Part shown: one piece after another, positions 33,200 through 34,175 of the stretch
Layout: each line of letters starts with the position of its first letter
How positions within the stretch are numbered: the stretch's first letter is position 1
Origin: Patescibacteria group bacterium
GTDB taxonomy: Bacteria; Patescibacteriota; Gracilibacteria; JAPLVM01
Assembly (NCBI GenBank): GCA_026397115.1
Contig: JAPLVM010000044.1
Span: 1 to 34,175 of the forward strand
Length of the DNA: 34,175 nucleotides
Reading direction: 5' to 3'
Position numbers and translations under genes: made by a program
Notes under the pieces: model-generated
Databases searched by the model: none
Told to the model about the DNA's origin: nothing
Seen by the model: only the letters and a program-made list of their open reading frames with translations

Positions 33200-33460
33200 T
33201 TACAAAAACCAGTAATTAACAATGCCAAGAGCTGTTATCGTGGTAAAAATCAGTGTTGTGACCAGAATCCCAATTTGTCCTGCCTGCCTATATGCCTTCC
33301 ATGATGAATATAGCCAAAATGGCTGCGCACACAAATTGATTATCAACCCAAACTGAGGATATTTCAAAGATGTTGCAATCTGCGCGCCAATAGTCAGCCC
33401 AGGAAGAGCAAATTGCGCAACTGAATTAAATACCTTTTCTTTATTAATTTTACTTTTCAT
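33200..33460 (-). CDS. Small membrane protein with three predicted TM helices (86 aa)
   Basis: Hydrophobic segments VAQFALPGLTIGAQIATSL, FGLIINLCAQPFWLY and IGILVTTLIFTTITALGIV. Confidence 0.55.
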   Translation of the reverse strand: MKSKINKEKVFNSVAQFALPGLTIGAQIATSLKYPQFGLIINLCAQPFWLYSSWKAYRQAGQIGILVTTLIFTTITALGIVNYWFL

Positions 33461-33465
33461 AATTC

Positions 33466-33843
33466 TTAAAAATAACTCTTGCCATCAGGACATTCATGCT
33501 TAGTTATTTGCATCTGATACTCTGGATCATAGATTTCAATAATTTTATACTTTCCAGATGTTGTCTGCGTATCTTTTGTCGTGCCTTCTATGGTTTGCGC
33601 AAGCATGATTATTTTACCCCAATATAACCATTTGCCATTGATGTTCTGAACCAAAAAACATCTTGTTGGCGCAGTATGGAAAACCCTAGCACCAGATTTT
33701 TTGGTAAATTCAAAAATCATGTCAGCTATATCAGCCAACTTGATAGGATCGCGTTGATGCTTTTCCAGATTTAAAATAGCTACTGGAAAACCTTGTTCCG
33801 TAGTAATTTGAAGAGTGTCGTTTAATTCAATAAAACTTCCCAT
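33466..33843 (-). CDS. Hypothetical cytoplasmic protein (125 aa)
   Basis: Clean ATG ORF packed 5 nt from the next gene. No motif I can name. Confidence 0.55.
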   Translation of the reverse strand: MGSFIELNDTLQITTEQGFPVAILNLEKHQRDPIKLADIADMIFEFTKKSGARVFHTAPTRCFLVQNINGKWLYWGKIIMLAQTIEGTTKDTQTTSGKYKIIEIYDPEYQMQITKHECPDGKSYF

Positions 33844-33862
33844 TTATATAAAAGAATAAAAC

Positions 33863-34175
33863 CTAATACTGGCCTAAAATCTCAAGAATATTATTTGAAA
33901 GCTTTTCAAATTCCTCTTTTGCTTTTTCAATATTTTCCTTTGTGCCCACTTGACGCGCATCAACTAAATCAGAATCAAGATCAAATATTGCTACGCCTAA
34001 TTCTTGGCACTTAGCTGGAATCCGACCATAATCCTGAATGGTTTGCAAAGGCTCTTTCCAGCTTGCCTGAACTAAACCATTTCGACAGTGTTTTTCAGAT
34101 AAAAACGTTTTAACCTTTTCAGGAATCTTCTCTATCCACGCACGATGATCAGCAATAGGCTGTTTTCCATAAACA
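33863..34175 (-). CDS. Hypothetical protein, 5'-partial (continues beyond the window end)
   Basis: The frame of the 33863..34048 ORF stays open for all 42 codons up to base 34174 (..VYGKQPIADHRAWIEKIPEKVKTFLSEKHCRNGLVQASWKEPLQTIQDYG..), so the TTG at 34048 is probably not the true start. Confidence 0.5.
   Translation of the reverse strand, partial: VYGKQPIADHRAWIEKIPEKVKTFLSEKHCRNGLVQASWKEPLQTIQDYGRIPAKCQELGVAIFDLDSDLVDARQVGTKENIEKAKEEFEKLSNNILEILGQY

Noticed and set aside
33200-33460. SemiSWEET or PnuC-fragment assignment for the 86-aa three-TM protein
   Set aside because: Size and helix count fit. However, the single PQ dipeptide is not in the expected position at the end of TM1, and I cannot align other conserved residues, so the protein is left as unknown.
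1-34175. Alternative genetic code (UGA recoded, as in Gracilibacteria or Absconditabacteria)
   Set aside because: sodB and the 132-aa gene end at TGA exactly where homologues or gene spacing predict the end. All conserved proteins are full length under the standard code.

Overview
This AT-rich, tightly packed 34 kb window looks like an uncultivated small-genome bacterium, possibly CPR/Patescibacteria-like; that placement is inference from gene content only. Standard genetic code fits, because conserved genes end correctly at TGA, TAA and TAG. Recognisable housekeeping genes are Fe-type superoxide dismutase, a Jag/KhpB-like KH-R3H protein, FtsH, a class A PBP, UvrB, ribosomal protein S1, tRNA-Ser(CGA) and tRNA-Leu(CAG). 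The most unusual region is 46..8690 on the minus strand. It holds a tandem array of five paralogues (four of ~560 aa, one truncated to 231 aa) of a cytoplasmic, very Cys-rich protein that I cannot place in any characterised family. Each copy has zinc-ribbon modules at both ends and two central CxxC-rich blocks, and one class I SAM methyltransferase is embedded in the array. Other notable items follow. (1) UvrB carries a ~424-aa in-frame insertion (histidine-phosphatase domain plus serine-hydrolase domain) at the hinge between its two helicase lobes. (2) A nucleotidyltransferase is fused to a family II pyrophosphatase-like DHH/DHHA2 domain with substituted catalytic residues. (3) An IS200/RAYT-type HUH transposase has hairpin repeats inserted in frame. 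(4) GTAG-plus-palindrome REP-like elements are scattered in intergenic regions. (5) A surface operon encodes three VirB2/TrbC-like pilin paralogues carrying 0, 1 or 2 copies of a C-terminal 6-Cys module, followed by a PKD-repeat membrane protein. (6) A translationally coupled pair of small HxxxCxxC (anti-sigma ZAS-like) proteins has no sigma factor nearby. No CRISPR array, rRNA, integrase or recognisable defence genes were seen. All family assignments come from motif reading by eye; no database searches were run.
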